Positions 10,206 to 21,203 of a DNA stretch of 64,000 bases are shown piece by piece. Every line of letters starts with the position of its first letter. Position 1 is the first letter of the stretch. Position numbers and translations under genes: made by a program. A model generated the notes under the pieces. The model did not search any database. It worked only from the letters and a program-made list of their open reading frames with translations, and was not told where the DNA came from. Source of the DNA: Candidatus Bathyarchaeia archaeon. GTDB taxonomy: Archaea; Thermoproteota; Bathyarchaeia; TCS64. The DNA is taken from assembly GCA_050014495.1 (NCBI GenBank), contig JBEKDF010000007.1:31094-95093 (forward strand), in the 5' to 3' direction.

Positions 10206-10250
10206 CCCTTTTATTTGTTCCTTCCTTCGGAAACTCGAAGGTTAGTTCTC

Positions 10251-11426
10251 ATGACGCAGCTTAGGGAGGGCATTCACTGGGTTGGTGCCGTGGATTGGAG
10301 TGCGCGTAACTTCCATGGTTACATCATGCATAGGGGGACCACATACAATTCCTACCTCGTCGTCGATGATAAGGTGGCGCTCATCGACTTCGTGAAGGCT
10401 CCATTCGCTGAGGAGCAGGTGTTGAGGGTCAGTGAGGTCATCGACCCTAAGAAGGTGAACTACATCGTGGCGAATCACGCTGAGCCGGATCACTCGGGGA
10501 GCATCAGGAGGCTCTTGGAGGCTTGCCCGAATGCGGAGCTCGTGGCGACTGAGCGCTGCATCAACATCCTTAGGAAGTATTATGGGGAGGACATCAAGGC
10601 GACGCCCATCGAGAAACTACCGACCATCAAGCTAGGGCGGAGGAGCCTTGCATTCGTGCCCGTCCCGATGGCTCACTGGCCCGACTCTATGGTCAGCTAC
10701 ATGCCTGAGGAGAAGCTTCTCTTTAGCAACGATGCCTTCGGGCAGCACCTCGCCTCAAGCGGTCGCTTCGACGACGAGGTCGATGAGGCGGAGCTCATGC
10801 AGGAGGCAACTCTCTATTATGCTAACATCCTGATGCCCCTCTGGAGGAGCGTCTCTCAGGCCCTCAAGAAGCTTGAGGGCGTGAAGATTGAGATGATTGC
10901 TCCGAGCCACGGTGTGGTCTGGAGGAAGGATCCCGGGAAGATTCTGAGCACATATCAAAGGTGGGTCTCGGGGGCGAGTAAGAAACGGGCTGTAGTAGTC
11001 TATGATACGATGTGGGGAAGTACACAGGTCCTCGCGAGGGCGATAGCTGATGGTGTAGCATCGAAGGGGGTGGAGGTTAGGGTTCATTGCCTTGGGGCAA
11101 GCGTGAATAGTGACGTCATCGCGGACATCCTCGAGGCGAAGGCCATTGTAGTTGGCTCCCCGACGCTAAACAATTACGTCTTCCCAACCGTCGCATCTTT
11201 CCTCGCCTACATGCGTGGGTTGAAACCGGCTAACAAGATCGGGGCAGCCTTCGGGAGTTACGGGTGGGCTGGTGGTGCGAAGAAGGTTGTGGAGACCGAG
11301 ATGCAGGCGACTGGGATCCAGATGGTTGAGAGTGGCATAGACTTCATCTTCAGGCCGAATGGAGATGAGACAAAGCGTGCGTATGCCTTCGGTCAGGTTA
11401 TTGGTGATAAGATCTTAGGGAGTTGA
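10251..11426 (+). CDS. fprA: Flavodiiron protein (FprA family)
   Basis: TYNSY, HAEPDH, HWPD, SNDAFG and C-terminal flavodoxin GSYGW. Confidence 0.93.
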   Translation: MTQLREGIHWVGAVDWSARNFHGYIMHRGTTYNSYLVVDDKVALIDFVKAPFAEEQVLRVSEVIDPKKVNYIVANHAEPDHSGSIRRLLEACPNAELVATERCINILRKYYGEDIKATPIEKLPTIKLGRRSLAFVPVPMAHWPDSMVSYMPEEKLLFSNDAFGQHLASSGRFDDEVDEAELMQEATLYYANILMPLWRSVSQALKKLEGVKIEMIAPSHGVVWRKDPGKILSTYQRWVSGASKKRAVVVYDTMWGSTQVLARAIADGVASKGVEVRVHCLGASVNSDVIADILEAKAIVVGSPTLNNYVFPTVASFLAYMRGLKPANKIGAAFGSYGWAGGAKKVVETEMQATGIQMVESGIDFIFRPNGDETKRAYAFGQVIGDKILGS

Positions 11427-11434
11427 TTACAAAG

Positions 11435-12352
11435 ATGTCATACTGTGAGAAGTGCGGCAAAAAGCTAGAGGAAGACGCACGTTACTGCTCCTACTGTGGA
11501 GCCCCAACAGGTGAAGCCCCGCTTCCCGAACAGGTAGCAACAGGGGAAGCTCAGCCTCCCGAACAGCTCCCAATCGTAGAGGCGCCCAAGCCATCTAAAA
11601 GCACACGAATCGCACTCGTACTGATTTTTCTGATCGCCATCGCCGCGGGCACGTTCATTGTATATCAATATCGCCCACATATGTTTACACCTCAACCAAC
11701 TCAGACAGTGATGGGTGTAGATTGGTCGGGGTACTCAGTTGCCTCGTCACTAAAGAACCCTCAAGCCATAGTGACGGGGGTTTCGGGATCATGGGTTGTC
11801 CCAAGCCTCACAGTCACCCCCGGGTCCTCGTACTCAGCATCATGGATCGGTATAGGTGGCCAATTCGATCAATCACTCATCCAGACAGGAACTGAATACG
11901 ACGTTACAAACGGCAAGGCAGCCTACTCCACATGGTTTGAGTTATTGCCAGCTAATCCGGTATATCTCACAATGAGCGTCTCACCGGGAGACACGATGAC
12001 GGCCTCAATAAAACTCCAGGACGCACCAACTAGTACATGGTCGATCAGTCTCCAGGATACCACGAATGGGCAATCCTATCAGACAAGTGTACAGTACATC
12101 TCCTCGATGAATAGTGCGGAATGGATAGTTGAGCGGCCATCAATTGGAAGACGCATAGGCCAGCTATCCGACTTCGGATCGGTTACATTTACGAACTGTA
12201 ATGTGATTATCGGAAGTAAGACAGGCAGCTTACTCGATTTTCCTTCGAGCGATTTCATCATGAATGGTCGCCAGAACAATCCACTCGTGACCGTCTCGAC
12301 ACCATCTACTGATGGGTCATCTTTCACCGTCACCTTCGATGCAGCAAGCTGA
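11435..12352 (+). CDS. Zinc-ribbon + TM + G1-family glutamic endopeptidase
   Basis: CEKCG..YCSYCG, TM helix, then WSGY, WIGIGG, LIQTGTE, SAEWIVERP. Confidence 0.85.
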   Translation: MSYCEKCGKKLEEDARYCSYCGAPTGEAPLPEQVATGEAQPPEQLPIVEAPKPSKSTRIALVLIFLIAIAAGTFIVYQYRPHMFTPQPTQTVMGVDWSGYSVASSLKNPQAIVTGVSGSWVVPSLTVTPGSSYSASWIGIGGQFDQSLIQTGTEYDVTNGKAAYSTWFELLPANPVYLTMSVSPGDTMTASIKLQDAPTSTWSISLQDTTNGQSYQTSVQYISSMNSAEWIVERPSIGRRIGQLSDFGSVTFTNCNVIIGSKTGSLLDFPSSDFIMNGRQNNPLVTVSTPSTDGSSFTVTFDAAS

Positions 12353-12437
12353 CTCTAGTATTCACTCGAGTACCAGTATATTGTTTAGGTCATTTTGGTC
12401 TGTGAGTGCGAGTGCTGAACCTTTTATGCGGTGCATG

Positions 12438-12851
12438 TCAAGTTTGGTCGGATTCAAAAAGTTCTATTAACTCTCCGTCAGGGCCCCTGAAGAATGCGAT
12501 ACGGATCTGCATCGGTGGATCACTGGATAATGTGACATCTCTGGGCTCAACAGTGACTTCAGCTCCTGCATTTCTCGCAAGTTCGATAGCTGATTTACAG
12601 TCATCTACCCTCAAAGCTAGATGACGAAAAACACCCTCCGTGTATGATTGAATGGAGTCTCTTTGAGAGATTTCGAAGTAGTTTCCATCACCCGTATCCA
12701 TGAGGAGGGTCCTTTTTGGTTCCTTACCCCATGAGAATCGTTCTGTAAAGCCAAGTCTCTCGTAGAACTTTCTTGATTTATCCAATTCCTTTACACTCAG
12801 GGAGGCGTGATGAAAACCACAACCCTTGATCTTTCTATTTATGCCAGACAT
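12438..12851 (-). CDS. VOC/glyoxalase family protein
   Basis: HHASL, HLALRVDD, FFRGPDGELIEL. Confidence 0.9.
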   Translation of the reverse strand: MSGINRKIKGCGFHHASLSVKELDKSRKFYERLGFTERFSWGKEPKRTLLMDTGDGNYFEISQRDSIQSYTEGVFRHLALRVDDCKSAIELARNAGAEVTVEPRDVTLSSDPPMQIRIAFFRGPDGELIELFESDQT

Positions 12852-13137
12852 CTACTCTCTTCAATGATATTCGTGGAATTATTAAAAATATGCATACATG
12901 TTACGCGCGCACACCTCGGGATCACTTGCGAATGCGTGTACTCCTTCATAGTCTTCAAGAGTAAACTCTCTGAGCGTGAGCCGGCTTGTTTGAATTTGCA
13001 CCATCTAAGGTCTCCGATTCAGGTTAAGGCAGTGATTTTAAATGTATTTCACGCTTGTGTAGGATTTATTTTATTCACACTCAGTGTTTGTGATTACTAC
13101 AAACAACACAAATTCCTGAAAAGCAATAACTCTAGCA

Positions 13138-13986
13138 ATGATACTTATCACTGGCGGCGCAGGGCGTTTAGGATTTGAGGTTGTAAAACTGCTTGTTGCA
13201 CAAGGTGAAAAAGTTCGAGTATTTGATCTTCCCAACATCAACTGGTCACACCTTGAGGCACTAAGCAGTGTAACTACATTCAAGGGTGACATAACCAACT
13301 CTGATCATGTTCATCACGCATGCGAGGGTGCTAGGGGGGTCATACATTTGGCAGCCCTTATGCCGCCTAGAAGCGAAGCCGATGAAAGTCTTACGCATAT
13401 GGTAAATGTAGTCGGCACCATTAACCTGCTTAAAAATATTGAGAAGGGGACTCCGGTAGTATTCTCCTCCTCAATCTCCGTTTATGGTGTAACCCCAGGG
13501 GAAAGGAAGCCAATCGATGAACTTCATAGTCTTACTCCCCATGATAGCTATTCGAAAACGAAGATCCTCGGGGAAAAGATCGTCTCTAAATCTGGTAATC
13601 CGTATACGATTTTGAGAATATCACCAATAGCGGTTGCGGACCTAGTGGAGCTACCAAGCATCATACCCTATAGGGCGGATCAGAGAGTGGAGTTCATCTT
13701 TGTAGAGGACGCTGCTCGAGCAATAGTTGGAGCCTTACAGCTGGTTGGTGAGAAGGAGACCTTCAATGTGGCTGGGGGGGATTCCTGGCAGATGCTTGGA
13801 CATCAATATATAGAGGGTTTCTATGAAGCGCTTGGAGTGGAAGTTGACCCCAAATATTCCGAAGAATTCACGGCGGTTCACTGGTATGATACTAGTAAAG
13901 GCAGACGCATCAAATACCAAAGCACATCGTTTGAATTGTTTGAGGAAAGATTGAAGGCAATAGGGGATGAATACGGGTTAAGGTGA
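13138..13986 (+). CDS. NAD-dependent epimerase/dehydratase (extended SDR)
   Basis: TGGAGRLG, HLAA, SSS..VYG, YSKTK. Confidence 0.9.
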   Translation: MILITGGAGRLGFEVVKLLVAQGEKVRVFDLPNINWSHLEALSSVTTFKGDITNSDHVHHACEGARGVIHLAALMPPRSEADESLTHMVNVVGTINLLKNIEKGTPVVFSSSISVYGVTPGERKPIDELHSLTPHDSYSKTKILGEKIVSKSGNPYTILRISPIAVADLVELPSIIPYRADQRVEFIFVEDAARAIVGALQLVGEKETFNVAGGDSWQMLGHQYIEGFYEALGVEVDPKYSEEFTAVHWYDTSKGRRIKYQSTSFELFEERLKAIGDEYGLR

Positions 13987-13990
13987 TGCC

Positions 13991-14308
13991 ATGAGCGCGA
14001 GGCTTCCAGTGATTAAGGAGAAGTTAGCGAGCATAAGATCCAAACTCAATGTTGACTACACTACGGGTTACCGGCTTCGACTCGATAAGGTATCGAATAT
14101 CGTTGTGGAAAACGAGTCGAAGATTTGGCTAAGGACAAGGGTAGGTGAGCCTATGTTGAAGGAACTTCAGGATTCGATCGAGAAAGCGTACGATATTCTC
14201 GACGGCGAGGGAGTGCCAGTGGGATTTGAGATGTTGCTAAGGGATATTGAAGCGAAGGCATCAAAGATAGACGAGGAGAGCCGTCGACGCGACATGGTTG
14301 TAACGTAG
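13991..14308 (+). CDS. Hypothetical helical protein
   Basis: Starts 4 nt after the SDR stop with a GGTGA ribosome-binding site. Confidence 0.7.
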   Translation: MSARLPVIKEKLASIRSKLNVDYTTGYRLRLDKVSNIVVENESKIWLRTRVGEPMLKELQDSIEKAYDILDGEGVPVGFEMLLRDIEAKASKIDEESRRRDMVVT

Positions 14309-14533
14309 CTGAGAGCGAAATCATGCTCGGTTTCGAGCAGATAGTAGGTCCGACTGGCTTGACGCGTGCGTACAGTGGCGAAGCTAACAACATACTTCGA
14401 ATCAATAATGACACGCTTCTAGATTCTCCCTCGGCCCATTTTTTTATCATTCGAGTGAGGTTCCAGTTTTTACTTAGTTGTGTTTTAAATATCATTGAAG
14501 CCGACTCATAATCGATGCTTCTGGTGGCTAAAG

Positions 14534-15871
14534 ATGAAAAGTAAAGTTTACTTCATGGATGACCGCTACAAGGGGCTGTCATCAAGTATCCCCGCGAAGG
14601 CGATGCAGTTGTTCGACCACGCAGGTCTCGGGGATTGCTTCAAACCCGGGGAGTCGGTGGCGATAAAGTGTCACATGGGGGAGTGGTTCAACACTGGATA
14701 CCTTCGACCCATACTGATCAGGGTGATCGTTGACAAGGTGAAGGAGCTTGGTGGCAGACCTTTCGTAACCGACACAACGACAGCACCATACTACTTTTAT
14801 GGAGCCCGTTGCACAGCCGACCTCTACCTCGAGACCGCCGCACGTAACGGGTTCACTGCTGAGACGATGGGGTGCCCAATTGTGATAAGCGATGGTATGT
14901 ATGGGACAGACGATGTCAAGATCGATTTACCCGATGGTCTGCTACTTAAGGAGGGGTATCTCGCTAGGGGGATCGCGGACGCAGACTCCGTCATAGTGGT
15001 TAGCCACTTCAAGGGTCACGGAAACGGCGTTTATGGAGGCAGCATTAAGAATGTTGCGATAGGATGCAGTTCGAAGAGGGGCAAGTTCAACATCCACCTG
15101 TGTACACACCAGTCTGTGGGTTGGAACAAGTGGAGTTTTAACGGGGAGAACTGCATTGGTGAGGAATGCCCGAGTCATGTTGTATGTGATAACCTGTGCC
15201 CGGTAGGCGCACTCAAGATTGAGAAGGATAGGGCGGTCTACGATGGATCCAAGTGTATCGGATGCTTTGGCCACCAGAGGCCATTTTTCAGATGTGATCT
15301 TTGGGGTAGGGAAAAGTACGCAGATTGGAGCAACTGGTTCCTGGTAGCGATGGCCGATGCAGCTGCCGGATATCTACGTCACATTGGGAGGGATAGCGTC
15401 GGTTACCTCACCTACGCTCTCGATTTAACCCCAGCTTGTGACTGTGTCCCAGGCACTGATAGGGTGGTTTTACCAAACCTCGGGGTCTTCGCCTCTCGGG
15501 ATATGGTGGCGATCGATGTTGCGGCTCTTGATATGTCAGTACAGGCACGTGGAATCCCTGGCTCGGTCGCTGAGGAGAAGGGTGTGATGGAGCCCGGTCA
15601 GGAGAAGTTCACGGTAATAAACGGGATGAGTCAGTGGATTACTCCGAACGCATGCAGCTTACTTGGCGTCGGCTCGAAGGACTATGAGCTGGTTGTGCCT
15701 CCCACTTCCGATGACGAGTCAGCCTTCAGTCACCCCCTTCTCAAGCCTGAACACCCTTCAGGTCGATGGCTAGGCGAGGCCATGACCCGCTTCGGGGGAT
15801 GGACCCCTTCGGGGGGTTTCAAATACAATGATGTCTTGAAGGTATCCATTGAGGAGCTCAGTAAGAGGTAA
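14534..15871 (+). CDS. DUF362 Fe-S protein with inserted ferredoxin domain
   Basis: VAIKCHMGE, SHFKGH..GGSIKN..IGC, CDC, ASRD.VAID; start ATG 14534. Confidence 0.88.
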   Translation: MKSKVYFMDDRYKGLSSSIPAKAMQLFDHAGLGDCFKPGESVAIKCHMGEWFNTGYLRPILIRVIVDKVKELGGRPFVTDTTTAPYYFYGARCTADLYLETAARNGFTAETMGCPIVISDGMYGTDDVKIDLPDGLLLKEGYLARGIADADSVIVVSHFKGHGNGVYGGSIKNVAIGCSSKRGKFNIHLCTHQSVGWNKWSFNGENCIGEECPSHVVCDNLCPVGALKIEKDRAVYDGSKCIGCFGHQRPFFRCDLWGREKYADWSNWFLVAMADAAAGYLRHIGRDSVGYLTYALDLTPACDCVPGTDRVVLPNLGVFASRDMVAIDVAALDMSVQARGIPGSVAEEKGVMEPGQEKFTVINGMSQWITPNACSLLGVGSKDYELVVPPTSDDESAFSHPLLKPEHPSGRWLGEAMTRFGGWTPSGGFKYNDVLKVSIEELSKR

Positions 15872-15936
15872 TTTGTTGAGACTTAGTGGGCAAAAATTAA
15901 TAATTAAGGTGTTATCCATTTTAGAAATGATTTAGG

Positions 15937-17586
15937 TTAAAAGTTTGCACGCCTGAGAACCTTTCCACCCAGAGCTCCGCTGTGTTTATTCTCGTCTACG
16001 ACCACTGCCCCATTGACCAGAACCTTGCTGATCCCACTCGGGTAAGCCCTCGGCTTCTGCCAGGTGGAGTTGTCCCTGATCTTATCCAGGCTCCATACCA
16101 TTATGTCAGCCCACATCCCCGGCCTGATGAGGCCCCTATCCATGAGTCGCATTCTCTGAGCTGGTAAACCAGTACACTTCCTCACGGCTTCCTCTAATCC
16201 GAGGGCGTGCTTCTCAGCCACCCATTTGTTGAAGAAGTAGGGGAACTGTCCGAAGGCTCTCGTGGTCTCCTCACCAACAGGTAAATCGGAGAGGGGGCCC
16301 TCGAGGGAGTTGTTGGATGAATCTATGGCTATTGAGCTGAGGGGATGTAGTAGGCTGAACTCCGTGTCCCAGAGGCTCGTTATCCCGACTGCACCCCAAA
16401 CCCGGTTGAGCCCATCCCCCTCCGCCGCCAATATGTCGATCAAGGTATCGAATGGATCCTTCCTGGCGAGTTTACCTATCTCTCTCATATTCAATCCGTT
16501 GTACTGTGGGCTCTTCTCGCAGTGTGCTAGCAGGACTCTATCCCAGGAGTCGAAGAGCCCACGCTTCGCAGCCAGTATCGGGCCATACTGTCTGTTATGC
16601 AGGTCGGTTCTCAGATACTCAACCACCTCTGGGTTCCTAAGCATCTCGGCGGTGATTATCTTCCCCTTTAGAGTGTATCTCGACCCCGAGGTAATTGGGT
16701 CGATCATTTGGCAGCCGCACCATCCTACGCCTTCCTCATCCATCGTCCAGGGGACTTGGTTGATGCCTATGTCGACTCCCCTATGTCTTGCAGCCACGAC
16801 CATGTCCACGATGAGTTTGGTTTTGCCATCTGATGGGAACCTAGCGCCCCAGTGCACCCCCTCCACCGAGGCCCCTGACCTCTCGCCGATCTCAATTGCC
16901 TCACGAGCCGCGGCCTCCACCTGCTCATCCCTGCTCCGGATGTGTGTGACGTAGAATCCCCCTTTCTCAGCTACGACTTTGCTTAGCTCGATGAGGTCTC
17001 TAGTGGTGGTCATTGTCTGAGGGGGGTACTCTAGGCCCGAGGATAGTCCCAGGCTTCCCTCCCTCATGGATTGCTCGAGGATGACTCCCATAGCTTTGAC
17101 CTCCTTTCTGCTGGGTGGTCTATCCCATGCGTCGTAGCCCATGGTCATGATCAGAAGGTTTGTGAGTCCTGTGCAGGTCGCGACGTTGATGGCGACGCCG
17201 TTCCTCTCAATTTTATCGAGGTAATCCGTCATCGACAGCCAATCGATCTTTACATTCATCATCTCCACGTAGCCTTTGAGGGCCTCCTCGTTTAGTGGTG
17301 CCGCGGACATGCCGCAGTTGCCGTTGAGGATGGTTGTTATTCCCTGGCGGATGAAGCTGTCAACCCTGGGGTTTTCGAGTATGGAGTAATCACTGTGGCT
17401 GTGAATGTCAACTATGCCAGGGGAGATTATGAGGCCCTTGGCGTCTATCACCTCATCGGCATCATCTGTGCCGACTCTACCGACATGAGCTATCTTACCT
17501 GACTTTATCCCCACGTCCCCGTGGAACCATGGGGAACCGGTGCCGTCAACTATGCGCCCATTCTTAATCACGACTTCGTAGTTCAT
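15937..17586 (-). CDS. N-acyl-D-amino-acid deacylase (D-aminoacylase family)
   Basis: IVDGTG, PGIVDIHSHSD, GNCG, HIRS, RGLIRPG.WADI. Confidence 0.9.
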   Translation of the reverse strand: MNYEVVIKNGRIVDGTGSPWFHGDVGIKSGKIAHVGRVGTDDADEVIDAKGLIISPGIVDIHSHSDYSILENPRVDSFIRQGITTILNGNCGMSAAPLNEEALKGYVEMMNVKIDWLSMTDYLDKIERNGVAINVATCTGLTNLLIMTMGYDAWDRPPSRKEVKAMGVILEQSMREGSLGLSSGLEYPPQTMTTTRDLIELSKVVAEKGGFYVTHIRSRDEQVEAAAREAIEIGERSGASVEGVHWGARFPSDGKTKLIVDMVVAARHRGVDIGINQVPWTMDEEGVGWCGCQMIDPITSGSRYTLKGKIITAEMLRNPEVVEYLRTDLHNRQYGPILAAKRGLFDSWDRVLLAHCEKSPQYNGLNMREIGKLARKDPFDTLIDILAAEGDGLNRVWGAVGITSLWDTEFSLLHPLSSIAIDSSNNSLEGPLSDLPVGEETTRAFGQFPYFFNKWVAEKHALGLEEAVRKCTGLPAQRMRLMDRGLIRPGMWADIMVWSLDKIRDNSTWQKPRAYPSGISKVLVNGAVVVDENKHSGALGGKVLRRANF

Positions 17587-17690
17587 GGCCTCGTCACCGA
17601 GAATAGGGTGAGAAACTCTCTTAATATTTGGCATACTTCAATGCTTGTGCGATCCAATCTAGTTAGAAAATTTGCTTCAATCAAGCGATT

Positions 17691-18113
17691 TCAATCTAGT
17701 ATCGGTCTCTGATTACTGAAAACAATATTGACTCCGTAGTCTCGACCAGCCACATTAATTGAGAAACTATACAACTCCCCCATTGAGCTTCCAGTCTCTG
17801 GCTTCATGTCGTAACTGGCTCTCTGCGAGAGGAAGAACACGAGCAACCTAGCCTCGAATGGATCAATACTCATCGACTTGAAAGGCATGATCCCGGGGTT
17901 CGAATCGATATAGTCAATATAGGCCTTAACCGTCGGATATTTGGCGAGTTCTTCATGAGTTATGGGTATTACATACTCGGGGTTTGTTACATAGAGGTCT
18001 GAGCCGAATACCCATGCCTTGGTCTCCGTGTAATTCGTGTATGCGGTGAGGGAAACAATCGCTAGAAGGATTAGACCAGTCATAAGCGCCATTTTTGTTG
18101 GGAATACTGCCAC
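17691..18113 (-). CDS. Membrane-anchored hypothetical protein
   Basis: N-terminal hydrophobic segment, 140 aa. Confidence 0.6.
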   Translation of the reverse strand: MAVFPTKMALMTGLILLAIVSLTAYTNYTETKAWVFGSDLYVTNPEYVIPITHEELAKYPTVKAYIDYIDSNPGIMPFKSMSIDPFEARLLVFFLSQRASYDMKPETGSSMGELYSFSINVAGRDYGVNIVFSNQRPILD

Positions 18114-18223
18114 AGTTATCGATGAGAGAGTAACTTGGAATGATATAATTCTAAAGATTAGAACACCAAGAAAGCGGATTCACGCGCGAATGCTGGTAGC
18201 AATGCATCCGCGACTAATGGACT

Positions 18224-19030
18224 CTAAGAGGTTACATTACTCGCCATAGCCAATTCGGGGAGGCCACTCGACACCATCGGCCCACCCCTCCTCACGAACA
18301 GGATACCCGGAGGCACAACGTCCCTCAGAACGCTCAGGAACACTCCCACACTCCTCGAGGACACGGCATCCATGGTGACAACGATCGTCCCATTCTTGGA
18401 GATCCCAACCTGCCACGCCTTCACTCCTCTGAGGGAAAGATCTGGATAAGCATCATCTATGGCCCTCGTCCAGTTCTCAAGCTCATGACTAGACGCGGGC
18501 CACCTCGATATCATGCCAAACGTGTTCGGTGCCAGAGGCAAGTCAGCCACGTTGGGGGATCCACCCCACAGGTCGAGGTGACTCGTATGGACGATGGGTT
18601 GAATCACCGTTACTGACCCAATTATGTCGTTGCAGCTTATCTCAAATGTACCAACCTTAGGCACCGGGAACGTCATCGTTAGGAGATCGATGTTTCCTCC
18701 CGATGAGATTGTGATGTTGCTGTTAGGGTAAGCGTAATCGAAGATGACGGTGTGGTTTCGGAGTCGTACTCCCCGATGTAGTGTCCAGTGTAGCTGACTA
18801 GGTTTGGTGGAGTTAGGGTGACTGGTTGCTGTGTAGGGTTAGTATAGGTGAGAGTGGCGTTGATTGTCTCTCCGACGTAGTATCTGAGATGGTCGGGTAT
18901 TATCCTGAATGATGGTTCTGGTGCTTGGCTGGGTTGAATTTCATGTCGTGCGTTTGTGGTGGCTGCGGCGAAGAATAGCGAAGCGAGTATTATCGATGAT
19001 CGTGACTGGCATTGTGCTATTCTGGGGCAT
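18224..19030 (-). pseudogene. Secreted hypothetical protein disrupted by two frameshifts
   Basis: ATG 19030, signal-like IILASLFFAA in a second frame, Ig-like YYVGETINATLTYTNPT, then a shift into ORF 18224..18676. Confidence 0.6.
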
Positions 19031-19303
19031 TATTGATTAGTTGTTGAAGGTGAGTATCTAATACTAGAGTTTAGAACAGGTCGAGTGTTGTGACTCACGC
19101 CTGTTGAATTTGTATCTGAGATAATGATTGTTTGACTGAATCTTTTATTGAAAAGCAATATGGACTCAGGTGCGTGAATATATTTGTACGTTTCTTGTAT
19201 CTGCCGGAGCGTTTCATACTAGGGGCCTAGGGGGAGTTGGAGGGGCTAACCCATTACCAATCAGGAATAATGTGAGAAACTGGATTCTAAGTGCGCGCGC
19301 GGC

Positions 19304-19642
19304 GTGCACTCGGTTAAGACTTATAGGTCATCCCGCGACCCAGCAATTATGCCCTCCGCTAGGGAACGACTCATTATAACCACATCCCTAGCGTGGGTAG
19401 TGTCCCTCGTCACGTCGATTTATTACATGTCTTTGTTCTTCGCATACATCGATGGTGCAAAGGTGATGCTGGGTTTCAACGGGGCGCTCTCAATTCTCGT
19501 ATGGGGACTAGTTTCCAGAGGCAACAAGGATGAGGGGGATAGGGTACTCAGAAATCTATCCGCGCTTCATATTGTAACGGGGATAGTTTTGATATTTCTT
19601 TCTCTGACCCTCGTCAATTCAGTCACATCAGTGGTGGTTTAA
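19304..19642 (+). CDS. Small three-TM membrane protein
   Basis: Three hydrophobic helices; probable start ATG 19349. Confidence 0.6.
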   Translation: MHSVKTYRSSRDPAIMPSARERLIITTSLAWVVSLVTSIYYMSLFFAYIDGAKVMLGFNGALSILVWGLVSRGNKDEGDRVLRNLSALHIVTGIVLIFLSLTLVNSVTSVVV

Positions 19643-19698
19643 TGATGGATTCGTGCGCGCAAGCGTTTTTATGGACCTACAGAGGTCGATGCTAACAA

Positions 19699-20025
19699 AT
19701 GTTCAAAATGAGGGCATGTGTTGAAGTCTGTCCAATAGGCTGTTTAGACAATCAGACATTCCTAAGAATCGAAGCCCGAGCAAAGAACTGCATCAGCTGT
19801 GGAGCATGTTTGAAAGCTTACCCTGAAGCGCGCGCTTTAGGTGTCGTGATGTTTTTAGCGATAGCTCTCTATGCCTTGGCTATGGGGAACTCTTTCTTCT
19901 ATTTGGGCATAGGCGTAGGTGGAATGGAGCGTTTTATAATCTACCCTAATATGCTCTAGATGCTTGGCTTTGATGCTTACCTGATTGGAGATTCCAGCGA
20001 AACTGCCACAGCAAGCAAAGCATAG
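19699..20025 (+). pseudogene. Chimera of a decayed 2x[4Fe-4S] ferredoxin fragment and a DUF998-like C-terminal fragment
   Basis: ACVEVCP...CISCGACLKAYP, (GC)4 at 19828-19835, then LGIGVGGMERFIIYP.ML*MLGF.AYL. Confidence 0.65.
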
Positions 20026-20088
20026 AATCGAGCACACTTGATCATTAACATGGGATAATTGTGCGAGAGTCTCTAAATTATAGGTATA

Positions 20089-20580
20089 TCAGAGCTTTGA
20101 TATTATCTTCGCAGCTTCAGCATCCACTTGGCTTTCTGAGAGAGGCTCTGCACCGTTTGCCAGAGATGAGCCCTTCAGGTAAACCACTTCTGTATTACTC
20201 CCCCCCTTGGCTTCGACCATCTTCGTGAGCTTCTCAGCCGCTTTCAGGTTCTCGTCACCGGCTCCAACTAGGCCCAGCAGGACACGTTTCCCATTTAGGT
20301 TCACTTTTTTTAGAAAACTATTCATCGCCGGGGTAGGGTTCCCAGCCCATATCGGACTCAGTAGTACTATCGCGTCGAAGCCATCAAGCGCGTAGTTAGG
20401 ATTCTTTAGTTTGGAAGACCAGCTTAGCATGGCGGATAAAGCTAGAGACATCATGCCTTTGCCGGTTCTGCTGTTCGAATCGATGAGTTCTCTCTCAGTG
20501 GCGTTGGTGGCTTTTATTATGGCTTTGGCTATTCTCGCTGTGGTGCCTCGGTTACTGTAATAGATTACTAATGTTCTCAT
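20089..20580 (-). CDS. Flavodoxin-like protein
   Basis: VIYYSNRGTT, SPIWAG. Confidence 0.85.
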   Translation of the reverse strand: MRTLVIYYSNRGTTARIAKAIIKATNATERELIDSNSRTGKGMMSLALSAMLSWSSKLKNPNYALDGFDAIVLLSPIWAGNPTPAMNSFLKKVNLNGKRVLLGLVGAGDENLKAAEKLTKMVEAKGGSNTEVVYLKGSSLANGAEPLSESQVDAEAAKIISKL

Positions 20581-20661
20581 ATCTGTTTTATTTTTGTTGT
20601 ATAGTTGAAAAGGGTTGGCTTTTCAATAGTCATAAAGTTGTTTTGAAATCATCGTAGCGCG

Positions 20662-20740
20662 CACCTGTTACTCAAAATCTTAACACAAAGTTGCTTTGGC
20701 GTAAGCCTCATCTTACTTGCAATAATCTTATCCTCAGCTT
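20662..20740 (+). repeat. Dispersed repeat, middle module (CACCTG...TTTGGCGTAAGCCTCATC...CAATAATCTTATCC)
   Basis: Colinear with 60830-60902; left end cut by GCGCG. Confidence 0.85.
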
Positions 20741-20768
20741 CATTCAATACTAACTAGGTCGATGAGTC

Positions 20769-21203
20769 TTGGTTGAGGGAAAGAGATACGAATACAGACT
20801 AGAGCAGAACAAAGACGTTGTTAAACGTTATTGGGACGGCAAATGGAACAAACGGCAACCCAGCACCCTAGACGAACTCCAGACGCCTGATTTGGTCTAC
20901 CATAGCCCGACACTGAATATGAAGGGTATCGAGGAGTATAAGCGGGTATATGGCAGCTACCTGGCAGCCCTTCAGGATACAGAGGTAGCGATCGAGGATA
21001 TTATCGCCGAGGACGATAAGGTCATGACTCGAACGAGGCTGAGTGGTGTCCATGGGGGTGAATTTGAGGGCATCCCTCCTTCTGGGAATAGGTTCTCATG
21101 CGTTTCTTACACCGTATTCCGCCTCACCCACGGTAAGATTGCCGAGGAATGGGAGTTGTTTGACAAGTATACGTTTATGTGGCAATTAGGTGTTATCAAA
21201 TAG
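20769..21203 (+). CDS. SnoaL-like ester cyclase (NTF2 fold)
   Basis: IEDIIAEDDKV..R..SGVH.GEFEGIPPSG, GKIAEEW. Confidence 0.9.
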   Translation: MVEGKRYEYRLEQNKDVVKRYWDGKWNKRQPSTLDELQTPDLVYHSPTLNMKGIEEYKRVYGSYLAALQDTEVAIEDIIAEDDKVMTRTRLSGVHGGEFEGIPPSGNRFSCVSYTVFRLTHGKIAEEWELFDKYTFMWQLGVIK

